From Eledone cirrhosa (lineage: Eukaryota), in contig OZ024742.1 in assembly GCA_964016885.1 (NCBI GenBank), forward strand, positions 3,410,001 through 3,474,000: 64,000 nucleotides of DNA, read 5' to 3'. Made by a program: the position numbers and the translations under genes. The notes below the pieces were generated by a model. It did no database searches. It was not told the origin of the DNA and saw only the letters and a list, made by a program, of their open reading frames with translations. Each line of letters begins with the position of its first letter. The first letter of the stretch is position 1. This document shows, one piece after another, positions 23,263-36,796 of the stretch.

Positions 23263-25619
23263 CAATAGAGTGAGATGGAGGACATTCCATTATGATAGAA
23301 ACAGATCTAACAATGTGAATAATACTAACAAATTTGACTCCTTCGGCTTTAAAACTTTAAAAGCCCCCCTCATAACACACTACTTAACTCCTATGAAAAT
23401 GATCTAGTTAAACTAGTTAAGAACATTAAATACAATAAGCACCATAATAGAAGCAACACCTTCTTAAACAAACTTAACACCTCTATTAATGGATTCAAAA
23501 CTAGTAAGAAAATTATTGTACACGCAGATAAAACTAATAACATATACAGCCTAGACTATAATACTTATAAAAAGTTTATATATAATGAACTACATAAAAG
23601 CTACAAGAAGACCACCTTGAAAAACTTAGAAGATATTAATATAGAGGGATATAATATAGTGTCTAAACTAGGACTTCAGAGGCATGCACAACCATTCACC
23701 CCAAACCCCCCTAGATTCTCTCTGAAGGATCATAAGGAGGACTTCATCAGCAACCCCTCGATAAGACTTATCTTCCCTTCCAAGTCCGACATTGGTATTA
23801 TCAGCAAGAAAATTTTAGATAAAATTATCCCACAAATTAAACACAAGATACACCTTAAACAATGGGGAAATACGGGTGAAGTTATTGAATGGTTCAAAGA
23901 TATCAAGAATAATAAGGACAAAAAATTCATTCAATTTGATATCAATTCATACTACACCTCTATTTCCCCTATCCTATTAAATAAGGCACTAATCATGGCC
24001 ATGAACAATAGCGACCTGACTAGAGCCCAGATTGATGTCATCCTTGCGGCCCGTAAGACCATAATCACCTTCGAGGACCAACTATGGACACGCAAGGATA
24101 CGCACAACAACTTCGACATAACCATGGGATCTAGTGACTCGGCGCAGGTCACTGATTTGGTCGGCCTATACCTTCTTAATGAAATCCATAAGGACCTCCC
24201 TTACTTCAACGGTGGTTTGTACCGCGATGATGCACTTCTACTTATAGAATATAAAAAATTTAATATAGAAAGAACTAGAAAACTATTGCACAAGACATTC
24301 AAAAACTTTAACCTTAGTATCACCATGGACAAAAACACTAAAAATGTTAACTTCCTAGACGCCACACTATACCTAGACTCAAAAATATATACACCTTTCC
24401 ATAAGCCTAACGAAAAACTCATTTACGTAGATACCAAGTCTAATCACCCTAGATCAATATTAAACTCTATCTCTAAGGGCGTATCCAATAGAATCTCTAA
24501 TCTATCCTATGACGCAAACATATTTAGCAAAAACTCACAATACTATAACCAAGCATTAGCTAGATCCGGCCATAATATAGAAATTGAGTTCCTACCTAAG
24601 AAAACACATAGCTACAACATCATCTCGCACAACATGTCCATGCGGAAACCTAATAATAGGAATAGCAACCACAAGTACACCAAAGCGGAGGGTGACACCG
24701 GAAGTAACCATTACCACGCAAACTACCGTAGTGCCTTAGGAAGAAACAACACACCAAACACTAAAAACAAAAATAGAAGAAGAAATAATACATTTTTCAA
24801 CCCTCCTTTCAACCTAAATGTCTCCACCAACATACCTAGGGCCTTCTTCTCACTACTAGATAAAAACTTCCCTCTAGGACACAAGTACCACAACCTTTTA
24901 AACAAAAACACTATTAAAATCTCATACTCTACGACGCCTAACTTAGCATACCACATAGCTAGCAGCAATAAAAGTAAAATTAATTCTTACTTCCAACAAA
25001 CGAAATCACAATAGAATGTAAACCTTCTAAATACCTCTGTAGCATGCGACCATAGTAACGGCAGTAACAATAGAAATAACACTAGTATAAGAAATAACAC
25101 CGGGGTCGACAACCCGAATGTCCAAAATCCTATAGCTACCACCCAGACTTCTGCACTGCATTATAACCAGCGGACTAACACACAGGATAATTGTAACTGT
25201 AGAGCCAATAGAACCTGCCCTTTAGATAAAAAATGCCTAACCAAGGATATCATATACTCATGCACTGTCACAACTAGAAACTCTTCAGAAACCTATGTAG
25301 GCTCCACTTCTAACTGCTTCAAAATCAGATATAATTCGCACATCCACTCGTTCAAAAAGCACAGTCTAGCCAACTCCACCTCACTATCTAGCTACATACA
25401 CTATCTAAAAACTAAAAATAAACCTTACACACTCAAATGGGAAGTGATAGGTAGCGCGACTTCGTACAAACCACCTAATAAATTCTGTAACTCTGTATAC
25501 TAGAGACCCACAATATTATCTTCTCCAACCGTAACCTACTTAACAAAAAATCTGAAGTGTTTGCAACTTGCCAGCACCGCTTCAGACATTCCTTCCAAAA
25601 CTTTAAGCCCAGTATATAG
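23263..25619 (+). pseudogene. Naiad PLE ORF (RT + CxC..CPL..C Zn finger + GIY-YIG), N-terminally truncated, with one premature stop and frameshifts
   Basis: RVRW..FGFK, ADKT (not DKG), KDHK..F...RLIFPSKS, QW.NT..VI.WF, FDI..YYTSI, MGS..SA, YRDD, FLD; CNCRANRTCPLDKKC..IIY..TYVGST; CxLC..E..LNKKSE..CQH. The TAG at 25012 is CGG in copy 2. Confidence 0.88.
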
Positions 25620-27055
25620 CAATGTCGGACTTGAACCAAACACCACCTCTAGCATCAAACACCAGGGGCACACCGTATACCACATACCCAACACTAACTG
25701 ATCTAATATAACACAAACAGCGACATCCCTCTAGAACCCTTCGCAGGGCGAATACCCATTTTTACCTCTACTTTAGGTGTGACAACATCCACCCACTTGA
25801 ACTGCACTACACCGCTCTATAGGTAATTTAAACATGAATTGATTGTCCTGCTGGTGTTGTGCGGAGGAAGTGCCTTCGTCGGACAGATGAAAAGCGAATT
25901 AATCTAGTAACGCTGTTGAGCAGGATGACCGGTACGCTGAGTGCGGTGAATGAATGTATTGCAACCGGCGTGCGGGTTGTACATATACGGATGATTTGAT
26001 GGTCAGAGTGGGGTCATGAGGACTGCGGATTGACCTCTGGTCGGCCCTGGTGATGTTCATCTTTCGACATCCAATGTAGCAAGCGATGATCCAGAACTTA
26101 CCAGAGATCATTGTGTGTTGAAGTGATTCTGCAATCACCGCGCCTGGTCCTTTGAATAGACTACAACCACAGAGATCATTAATTTAGAATCCTCGCTCGT
26201 CGTCTATAATATTCATTTGTGCCACTCTACGATGGGGTTAATTCACCATAATAATACGAACACCTTCAGCACAACTTAATAGATATAGTTAAAACACTTT
26301 AAGCTTTAGAAGCTTTAAGAAATTGCGCATAACCATAGAAGTTAGGGTCTATTTTGAGACACATTTCAATAGCTAGTAATAGAAACCTCGGAGTTACCTC
26401 CCCTCATGCATTAACTCCCCTTAGCCACACACACACTTCCGCGTAGTATTTCAATGTCGATTCTCGAAACGTAACATCCTCCTGTATTGAACTAAAGAAC
26501 ATCAGACTACGATTCTCTAACTGGATTGTCAAACGCTCAATATCGAATTTTCGTGGATTATGTGAGGGGCATATAATCTGAAAAATAAACTCCCCAGACT
26601 ATGAAAATGTCGAAGTACATGAAGTCCATATCATCCCTTCGCTGTGCATTTCCAATATTTTTTATATTTTTAATGCTTGCACTATTTTTAATGCTTATAT
26701 TATTTCTCAACACACAGACTATAACAATCATATAAATAATTTGCCACCAGATCAACCAACCTAACACTCTTGTTTACCTACTTAAGTGCTTCTACTACAC
26801 GTAACTCTCTGCAACACTATATAAACAAGATGCACGTGCTTGCCACACATATAACACTTGCACTATATAACCGCTTATTTTCATGTTGTATTTTAACCTG
26901 TATTTTTGATTGTATCTTTTAATATGAATGTAATCTCTAAGTGTGTACTGCCACTCTAAATGATGTAATGAATGTTGACCCACAATATTTGCATATGTAT
27001 CTGTATGTCTCTTGGGTGAAAAAGAGGTCATATAAGTGTTCATTCAATAATAAAT

Positions 27056-27102
27056 TGCTCCGAAGAATCCAAACCTCGGTTTGGAGGAAACAGTTGTAAG
27101 CA
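27056..27102 (+). ncRNA. Minimal hammerhead with U4C core (antisense twin 22805-22851)
   Basis: TGCT-CCGAAGA-A-TCCAAAC-CTCG-GTTTGGA-G-GAAA-CAGTTG-TA-AGCA. Confidence 0.72.
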
Positions 27103-27180
27103 TAACAATGTTTTGAACAGTTCTTTGATTCTTATATTTCATATATATATATATATTAATATATACATATATATATATAT

Positions 27181-27847
27181 AGTTTTAATATAGATGAGAT
27201 TCTACAGGACTAGAACTTTCATTCTTTAGAAATCATCAGGAATCTGGGTATCAAAAAATAAGTATGGTATTTATAGGTCTCTACAAGTGGTAGGAGAGGG
27301 TAGGGAGTGGGATGGGTGTAGGTCATTGGTTGATAGAAAAGGGAATTCATTAAAAGCTAATTTTACAAAGCTATAATTTATTTTTATTTTTAGAGTAACA
27401 AAGGCAGAAAGAATTCTATAAACAGGTTCAGGATGGCATGCCACCCCTTATTATTAAGTTTCTCTTAAGCTAACAGGTGTCTATAAGATCAGTGGGGGTC
27501 AGTCATGGTAGATAGATTTAAAGGAAAGGGAGATTCTTTAAAAGCTAAATTCTTTAAGGTTCTACTCAGTGACAAAGGTTTAGAGAATTCTGTAGACAAA
27601 TTCAAAATATTGAATGCATATCTTACAATTATCTTCAAATTTCTCTTAAACTATTCAACTATATGCCAAAAATCAACAGACACATTCACAAACACACTCA
27701 CTCACACACTCGCGCGCACCCATAAACACACATACACATACACATATACGCATATACACACACACATATAAATATATTTATATATATATATATATATACA
27801 TACACACACATACATACACACATATGTATATATATATATATACACAC

Positions 27848-27878
<31 letters not shown>

Positions 27879-28205
27879 TATACACACATATATATATATA
27901 TGTGTGTATGTATGTGTGTGTATGTATATATATATATATAAATATATTTATATATGTGTGTGTGTGTATATGTGTATATGTGTATGTGTATGTGTGTTTA
28001 TGGGTGCGCGCGAGTGTGTGAGTGAATGTGTCTGTTGATTTTTCGCATATAGTTGAATAGTTTAAGATGCCCAGATTCCTGATGATTTCTAAAGAATGAA
28101 ACAGTTCTAGTCCTGTAGAATCTCATCTATATTAAAACTTTTATACTCTGCAATGTATTGAGTACCTTACTTACTGTGGTTACCTCCGACTCAACCCGGA
28201 ATAAC

Positions 28206-28206
<1 letters not shown>
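27181..28206. mobile_element. Fold-back HHR element of about 1 kb in (TA)n
   Basis: Outer arms 27181-27252 and 28067-28139, inner arms about 27645-27860 and 27870-28066, tail 28140-28206. Confidence 0.75.
28073..28123 (+). ncRNA. Type I hammerhead ribozyme
   Basis: AGATTC-CTGATGA-T-TTC-TAAA-GAA-T-GAAA-CAG-TTCTAGTC-CTG-TA-GAATCT: canonical core, 6-bp stem I, GUA triplet. Confidence 0.85.
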
Positions 28207-28240
<34 letters not shown>

Positions 28241-28432
28241 ATAATTAAATGTATAAATAGATAAATCAATGCCATTGTTAAATAATAAATAAATCAACTA
28301 ATACCTTAACACTTCACACAAAGTAAACCATTTCGTTTTAATCATTTTCTAACCCAGAAAAAAGAGAGAGAGACAACAAAAAAAAGGAAAAAAAAAAAAT
28401 TTTCTCCCTCATAATCGTCTCTTTCTCCCTGT

Positions 28433-28527
<95 letters not shown>

Positions 28528-28603
28528 TATATAGAAAATGAGATGAAATCGAAAATGCAACGGGAGTCTTATATTTTTAAAAAATATATATATTTATTTG
28601 GCT

Positions 28604-28641
28604 CCTTTACCGGTTTCGCAGTTCTTCTGCTTTTCAAAAGG
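28604..28641 (-). ncRNA. Minimal hammerhead with U3-A8 core in the pLTR (second copy 33677-33714 has A3)
   Basis: CCTT-TTGAAAA-GCAG-AAGAA-CTGC-GAAA-CCGG-TA-AAGG. Palindromic stem III ACCGGT. Confidence 0.72.
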
Positions 28642-29163
28642 TGAGTTGAGATGGAGTGTCTGTGGTTTTTCTCACATCTGGTTGGTCTCTGAATGTTACT
28701 TGTTTTATATGGAAAAGGGGGCTCGAAATGCCAGGTTTTTCGAGAAGTAATTTGATTGGTTTGTCAATAATTATAATAAATTTCGCGCCAGTTCGCGTTA
28801 CAATAGTTCTTCAAATAAGAGGGGGGGGGGTTGTCACAGGTTGTTTTTTCATATATGAGTGTTTGAATTTCTTTTTACTTGAAAAAAGGGGCTCACAAAG
28901 GCTTTTTGTTGGTTGGTTATATAAAGAAATTATAGCTGTCACGTGAACAAGTTTTCATTAAATTTTCGTGCCCTTATTTGGAAATCCATTCTGTAGCCTT
29001 TTTAGAGAATTTTATGATAAGTGAAAGATAATGGTCAAGAGAAAGGGATGGGAGAATTGTTCTGGTTCAGTGAATATGGTTAGTTCGCTGGGGTGTCAGA
29101 ATTCAGATTTTCTATTGAATAAAGAAAGTAAAGATATGTATGTTTATTTGTGTGCTTGTGTGT

Positions 29164-29224
<61 letters not shown>

Positions 29225-29538
29225 GTGTGTATGTGTGTTTGAATTTCTTTACTTAAAAAAAAGGTGGCTCACGAAGGCTTTTTTTTAGTAAACGTGATTT
29301 GATTGGTTATAAAAGAAATTATGGCTGTCACGTGAACAAGTTTTCATTACATTTTCGCGCCCTTATTTGGAAATCTATTCTGTAGCCTTTATAGAGAATG
29401 TTATGACAAGGGAAAGATAGTGGTCAAGAGAAATGGGATTGGGAGAATTGTTCTGGTTCAGTGAATATGGTTAGTCCGCTGGGGTGTCAGAGTTCAGATT
29501 TTCTATTGCAGTAAAGATATGTATGTTTATTTGTGTGC

Positions 29539-29594
<56 letters not shown>

Positions 29595-30066
29595 TGGAAG
29601 ATGATTCTATTAGTAGAAATTGGGGAGGGAGTTGTGTGTGTGTATATGGGTGTTATGTGTGTGTGTGCGAGTATATTAAGATGGAGAGAATATATATTTT
29701 GTGTGTGTGTATATATGTGTGTAGGAAATCGGTTCTATTAGTAGAAATGGGGGAGGGAGTTGTGGGTGTGGGGGTTGTTATGTGTGTGTATGGGTGTTAT
29801 GTGTGTGGGAGTATGGTTAGCATGTTAAGATGAAGAGAATATATATATATATTGTGTGTGTTTGTGTGTGTGTGTGTGTAGGAAAATGATTCCTTTAGTA
29901 GGAATATTTTGAATGAACATATTTTCCTTACTTATTCGTATTTGTTCTGTTGTATTGTCAGTGCAAACGTATGTTAAGGTTTATTTAGTTCGGGTTTTTA
30001 TTTTCTAAAGTAGAAGGTGTTATGTGTGTGTGTGCATGTCATATTATGGTGTTGACATAATGTATA

Positions 30067-33000
30067 TTAAACCATATTTAATGCTGATCTATATTTTTGA
30101 ATAAACATATTTTCCTTATTTATTCGTATTTGTTCTGTTGTATTGTTAGCGCAAAGGTAAAATGGGAAGACTTGGAATTTGGGTATCTTATTACTTGCGC
30201 AAATGTCTAGATATGCACTTAGTGGTATCTGTCTCGTGGTTGGATCTCGTAATTGTTGGCGATGAACTGTCATTCTGTTTCTGAGTGTGAGTTTAGTTTG
30301 TCCTATATAATCTTCATTGCATCCTTTACATTTAATGGCATAAAGTAGATTTTTTGATGGACAAGTGAAGTGATTTTTTACAGTAAAATGTTGGCCTGAT
30401 TTAAATGTATACGTGTTGCCTTCAATGAGGTGAGTGCAGGTTCCACAATTAGAGCGACCACATTTTCTGATACTTGGTTGTGGGTTTGTGGTAAGTAATT
30501 TGGCATTGGTGAGTAATGTTTTCAGTGATTTTGGTTGTCTTTTGCTTTTGATTATTTTGTGTGTTTCAAGGGCTTTTTTCATTCTTGGGTTTTGTTTTAG
30601 TAGTGGGATGTTCTTGTGAATAGTGTTGTAAGCTTCCGCATTTCTTGGGTTGTGTGTTGAGATATATGATAGAATATTGGACGTACCTTGAATTTGTTTC
30701 TGTTTCCGTAATTCATCAATGCCTATTGCTTTAGCCCTTTCTATTCAATTATTTATTAGTAATAGTGGGTACTCTCTCTCGAGTAGAATTTCCTTTAATT
30801 CTTGAAGTCTTTTATTTCGCGTTTTATAATTGGAGACAATTGTGCAAATTCTTCTTGCTAGGTTAAAAGGAATGTTCGTCTTCGTGTGCTTTGGATGGTT
30901 GGAGGTGAATAGCAGATATTGTTTGGAATCTGTTGGTTTGTAGTGTATGTCAGTTTTGATATTTGTGTCTTTTTTTTAAATTAAGATGTCCAGAAATGGG
31001 AGTTGATCTTGGCTGTATTCCATTGTGAATTGGATGTGGTTATTGATGCCGTTTATTAAGTTTTTGAAATCCTTCATTTGGTCGAGTGTGTGGGACCAAA
31101 GAATGAGGCAATCATCCAAGTAGCGTTTCCAATTCTCTGATAAATATTTGTGGAAGTTCAATCCGTATTTTGATTTGGACTGTTCATATATCTGGACTTC
31201 TGAGTATGCCATGACTAAGTTGGCATAAGTTGGAGCGGCTTTTGTACCCATCGCAGTCCCCGATATTTGCTTGTAAGTATTGCCATCGAAATCAAAAAAG
31301 TTGTTCTGTAAGATGAATTTTAATCCCTCGGTGATGAAGCTTTTTTCTATTCTGTCAGGTATCTCATTGGGATATTTCTCTAGCCAGAATCCTATTGCTT
31401 CTAGTCCGTATTGGTGTGGGATCGTTGTGTAGAGATTCACTACATCGAAAGACACAATAATAGTGTCGTTGTTGACATGTTTGGGGAAGTGGTTTAAGAG
31501 GTCCAGATCGTCTCTTACAAGGCTTGGTATGTGTTTCAGTATTGGTTTCAGTAGTATGTCTATAAAGTTGCTCAGTCTGTGTGTTTCACATTGTGGGCCC
31601 GCTACAATTGGTCTTAATTTAAGGTCTGTGGGGTATTGCGTGTTCACGCAGGCTGAGGTGGATTGTTTACAGGCATCGTTGATTATTTTACACTTGTGGA
31701 TCTTCGGAAGTCCGTAAAGGTTGCTAGTTTTGTATTCAAAATTTGTTAAATAATCGCGTTCCTTTTTAGTTAGGTCTTCCTGGTATCGATAAATCAGTGT
31801 GTTTAATTTGGTCATTATTTTTGATTGCTGGTAGTTTTTTACTCTTTCATAGTAATTAGTATTTTGTAAGAGAGAGAACATAGAATTTTTATATTTTTCA
31901 GCCTCCATAATGACAACAGTACTTCCTTTGTCCGCTTCCTTAATTATAATGTCCGTATTGTTTTTTAGTTCATGGATAATCTCCCATTCCCTTCGACTCG
32001 TGTTGGGTTTGGGTTTAGGTTGCGGTAGTTCATGGTATGGGAAGGTAGCTATGTGGTCACAAAATTTGTCCAGAACTCTGTTTCTACCTTTTGTTGGGTT
32101 GTAGCTGCTTTTATTCCGTACAATTGATTCGTCGTTATTCTCCTTGTCAAATAATTCCTCTGTGAGACGTAATTTTCTACAGAAGTGTGAGATATCGTCA
32201 TTTATCTCATTGGGGTTAGAGTATTGTGGTGTTGGTGTGAATTTCAGTCCTTTGGAGAGAATTTTTACTTGTTGGGCTGAGAGGTTTGTATTTGAAAGGT
32301 TAATTATTTTCGGTTTTTCAAAATCGGTTTGTGCCACCGGGTGTCGTGAGTCCTGTAGCCTTGGTCTAAAAAATGATTTTTCTGGAATGTTTTTTCAATG
32401 GTATTATTATATCTAATGGTATTTCCCCTGTTGTTGTGTGGTCTTGTATAGAAGTTTCGGACGTATTGAGGTTCGGTTTGTTGATAGTCCGGGTTGTAGA
32501 TTTTGTTCCTTTGTGTGGGTTGGGATCTACGGTTTTGGAACAGGTTCTGTGTGGGCAGGGATCTACGGTTTTGGAATAGGTTTTGTGTGGGTTGTGATCT
32601 GCGGATCAGGTCCTGCCTTGTGTTCGGGGATCTTTGGTTTTTGTTAGTAGGGTTATAGTTTTGTCTATGGTTTCTGGGATTATCGTTATAGTTTTGCTGG
32701 GGGTATGTTGGACGTTTTGTTACTTTTTTTTGTTATTTGTTGTGCATGTGGTGTGTGAGTTTTAGTTTATTTTAAAAATTGGTTACCTGTATGTTGTTCA
32801 TTTTTGAAGTCCATTTCGTAGTTGTTGAACCAGGTGGCGTTTTTTTCCCATCGCTGGAGGGATGTTAGTTCTTCATCCTCACAGTTTTCTTTCCTAAGTT
32901 TTAGGTTTTTTTTAGTAGAGTAGGCCTTCAGAGTGCTTTGAGATTTGTGTGTCCATCTGTTGGTCGAGTGACTTGAATTTTTCTTCGTTGGAGTTGGTTC

Positions 33001-33508
33001 TTAATCGCAACAATTCTATTTCTGTTTTAAATTTTTCCAACGCCATCTTTTCCCTAAGTCTTTGTTGGTTTTCTGGTTCATTCGGGATGGGTTTTATTTG
33101 GAGTTTTTTGGGGAGGATGATTGGGGTAGAGTTTAGCCACTTTTCATATATGTCTGCCTTGCCATTATTTTTTAGGAGATTCCAAAGGGCGAATTTGCGG
33201 GCTGTGAGCTTTTGAGTCCATATGTTGATTAGGGTGTTTTTTACTGAGTGGACATCTCGTAGATTGGGTTCTAACGGTTGTTCCAGCTTTTGGAGCATTG
33301 CTGTTTCAATGGTTTCGATTAGCTTAGTTAATACTGGAGTAATATTCGTCTCTTGGGTATTTTCTGTTTCTTCGTGGGGTCCTTTTTTATAGATGTGTAT
33401 TTGGTCCACTTTGTTGGTCAAAATTGAGAGTTTAGAGGAAATCTCTTTGAGTTCATTTAAGATGTCCTGGTTCAGTGAGTTGTTGTTTTGTTGAGAATTT
33501 GGTGGCAT
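30067..33508 (-). pseudogene. PLE ORF: N-terminal extension + RT + GIY-YIG, broken by frameshifts and stops
   Basis: ORFs 32912-33508, 30976-32337 (LSKGLKFTP, ADKG, LPKIHK, LRPIV, FDVVNLYT, GTAMGT, RYLDD, FLD) and 30067-30582 (CGRSNCGTC, NLLYAIKC..C..YIGQT). Confidence 0.88.
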
Positions 33509-34543
33509 TTTCGGTCTTCGTGTGGGGTGGGTATATATTAGAAAGTGATGTTTTTTTTAACAAAATGAAAAATAACCGATGTGTCCTACACGAGTGAAAG
33601 TATAAAGAAAAAGAGATGAAATCGAAAATGCAACTGGAGTCTTATTTAAAAAAAAAATATATATATTTATTTGGTTCCTTTACCGGTTTCGCAGTTCTTC
33701 TGCTTTTCATAAGGTGAGTTGAGATGGAGGGTCTGTGGTTTTTCTCACATCTGGTTGGTCTCTGAATATTACTTGTTTTATATGGAAAAAGTGACTCGAA
33801 ATGCCAGGTTTTTCGAGAAGTAATTTGATTGGTTTGTCAATAATTATAATAAATTTCGCGCCAGTTCGCGTTACAATAGTTCTTCAAATAAGAGGGGGGG
33901 GGTTGTCACAGATTGTTTTTTCATATGAGTTTTTGAATTTCTTTTTACTTGAAAAAAAAAGCTCACGAAGGCTTTTTTTTTGGTTGGTTATAAAAGAAAT
34001 TATGGCTGTCACGTGAACAAGTTTTCATTAAATTTTCGTGCCCTTATTTGGAAATCCATTCTGTAGCCTTTTTAGAGAATTTTATGATAAGTGAAAGATA
34101 ATGGTCAAGAGAAAGGGATGGGAGAATTGTTCTGGTTCAGTGAATATGGTTAGTTCGCTGGGGTGTCAGAATTCAGATTTTCTATTGAATAAAGAAAGTA
34201 AATATATGTATGTTTATTTGTGTGCGTGTGTGTGTGTGTGTGTGTTTGAATTTCTTTACTTAAAAAAAGGTGGCTCACGAAGGCTTTTTTTTAATAAACG
34301 TGATTTGATTGGTTATAAATGAAATGTGGCTGTCACGTGAACAAGTTTTCATTACATTTTCGCGCCCTTATTTGGAAATCTATTCTGTAGCCTTTATAGA
34401 GAATGTTATGACAAGGGAAAGATAGTGGTCAAGAGAAATGGGATTGGGAGAATTGTTCTGGTTTAGTGAATATGGTTAGTTTGCTGGGGTGTCAGAGTTC
34501 AGATTTTCTATTGCAGTAAAGATATGTATGTTTATTTGTGTGC

Positions 34544-34629
<86 letters not shown>

Positions 34630-34891
34630 TGGAAGATGATTATATTAGTAGAAATGGGGGAGGGAGTTGTGTGTGTGTGTATATGGGTGTTATGTGTGTG
34701 TGTGCGAGTATGTTAAGATGGAGAGAATATATATTTTGTGTGTGTGTATATATGTGTGTTGGAAAGTGGTTCTATTAGTAGAAATGGGGGAGGGAGTTGT
34801 GGGTGTGGGGGTTGTTATGTGTGTGTATGGGTGTTATGTGTGTGGGAGTATGGTTAGCATGTTAAGATGAAGAGAATATATATATATATAT

Positions 34892-34952
<61 letters not shown>

Positions 34953-35226
34953 GAATATGATTCCTTTAGTAGGAATATTTTTGAATGAACATATTTTCCT
35001 TACTTATTCGTATTTGTTCTGTTGTCTATCAAAAGGAATGTGAATAATGATAAAATTCCGAAAACTTGTCCTTTGGATCCTGAAATCCCTCACAGCTTAA
35101 GTATTGCAGTAGTACAGAAAACAAGTAGATTTTTTGTACAATCTGGTTTCATATAAAATAACGTTATACTGTATTTTCTACGACTTGTTCAAGATTGGGC
35201 TGCCAAAGGAAATATATAAATATTAA

Positions 35227-35403
35227 TGGCAGTATCGGTAGAGGGTCGGACACCATGCTTTCCAGCAAAGAGTTACGGCCCTTTATGGTCTGAGTTCAAA
35301 TCCCGGCGAGGTTAACTTTGCCTTTCATCCTTACGGGTTCGATAAAATAAAGTACCAGTAATAAACTGGTTAATTGCTGGCCTTGTGCCAAAAGTAGAAA
35401 CAA
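35227..35403 (+). mobile_element. SINE (MetaSINE-type)
   Basis: TGGCAGTATCGG A box, GAGTTCAAATCC B box, core and GTAGAAACAATT tail. Confidence 0.85.
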
Positions 35404-35756
35404 TTAATTATATCCAGTGTTATGCCATTTTAATATGGTTGCATACTACAGCTTGTAATCAAGTGACGAACGCTGAAACGATAGATTTTAAGTGAACGGT
35501 GTTTATATAGGTGTATGTTATGTAGAAGTATATAATGACATTTTGGAATCTCTCTCTTGCTTATTCTAAGTGTACCATTAGTTTCCTTCGTCTATCTATA
35601 TCTCACTATATATTCCTATTTTCCCTCCCCTGCTTATATCTGTCTCTTTCTCACTTTCTCTTCTCTCTTCATTGATCACTTCTTCCTCTTTCATTATCAC
35701 ACTCCTCTATGCCGTTCTCTGTCTCTCTTTCTCACAATCTACCTACCTACATAGTA

Positions 35757-35813
<57 letters not shown>

Positions 35814-36109
35814 CCAATCTACCTTTCAATCTATCTATCTGTATATCTACCTATCTATCTATTTATTTCTTCTATCTGACGCAATCTAATACTAATGCAT
35901 AATAATTATGTTTACCCCAGACACAATATCCTTAATGTATATTTAACAGAGCAGCAAGATGACTTCTATAATATTCTATCATATTATTAACATGCTATTC
36001 AATTATATTCCACCAATCTTCAGTACACCATATTAGTCTATCAAGATGGAACCGAGATATACAGCCTAAAGTAATCTTATATAATGTATATGAATAAACT
36101 CGAAAAACA

Positions 36110-36350
36110 CTGTGGAAAGTGTGTTGGAATTACAATCATAATGTGGTGAGTTCGATTCCTGAACTGTGTGAATCTTCATTTCACATTGTTCCAGTATACT
36201 TAGGTAAAATTGAGTACCAGAAGTATCTGGGAATTTACCCCTGCAATAGACAGGTGTCCTGTCCAAGAGGATGTCTTTTGCTCTCAGACGCTTAACGCCA
36301 CATACACCGGGATAATCACCGGCTTGCTGAGACTCCGGACGCGTGACAGA
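36110..36350 (+). mobile_element. Degenerate SINE of the second family
   Basis: GAGTTCGATTCC B box and ATTTCACATTGTTCCAG...TGAGTACC...CCCCTGCAATAGAC, similar to 8760-8868. Confidence 0.45.
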
Positions 36351-36796
36351 CTTTAGACTTGTAAAGATGACTGTAGTTAAGGAGATTCACCACCAGATGG
36401 TTTCGTTTTTACCCTCACTACTAGGTACAATGGGTAAGTGCCTGATACTATGGATCGAAACATAGTGCCCTTATGGCAGCCCCCAGAAATTGATCGTCAA
36501 CCATGTCGATAGCTTTTTATTGGTTTAATCCCAGATCATTCTTTGATGTACTACCAGGAATTGCACAGGAATTGCGTCTCCGACTTCACTTCTACCGAAA
36601 AGTGCCAACTTCATAGTGAGCCCCTTTGCCAAAGTATTTAAGTCTGTAGTTAGGGGTCGGAAATTTTCTGTTACTTCTTCGTTTTACGGTTCCTTTTCAC
36701 AGCAAGGCCACATCTCTCCGGTTCATATGATTGGGAATACTCTAGATCTGCTGTGAGCTGCATTATACGCTTGTTATGACGGTAGCGAATAATAAT

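Larger units (their letters stand above)
22601..27144 (+). mobile_element. Naiad-type Penelope-like element, copy 1, with inverted 5' pLTR
   Basis: Inverted arms 22764-23264 and 26643-27144, tail 22601-22763, RT + GIY-YIG ORF on the plus strand, (TA)n on both flanks. Confidence 0.88.
28528..35025 (-). mobile_element. Penelope-like element, Neptune-type, with about 1.4-kb direct pseudo-LTRs
   Basis: Direct repeats 28528-29953 and 33601-35025 flank an RT + GIY-YIG ORF. The 3' end abuts (TA)n at 28437-28523. Confidence 0.9.

Noticed and set aside
25012-25619. Selenoprotein-type Naiad (in-frame UGA recoding)
   Set aside because: The Zn-finger cysteines use TGT/TGC. The only internal stop is TAG, which is CGG in copy 2, so it is ordinary decay.
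25899-26138. Antisense ORF shared by both Naiad 3' regions (..YVQPAR..STALLD*)
   Set aside because: Codon-by-codon comparison with 46883-47065 shows mostly non-synonymous differences and a different upstream frame, so there is no coding signal.
22601-27144. DNA transposon or MITE interpretation of the long inverted repeats
   Set aside because: The arms are asymmetric (one has a tail), contain hammerheads and enclose an RT ORF, not a transposase.
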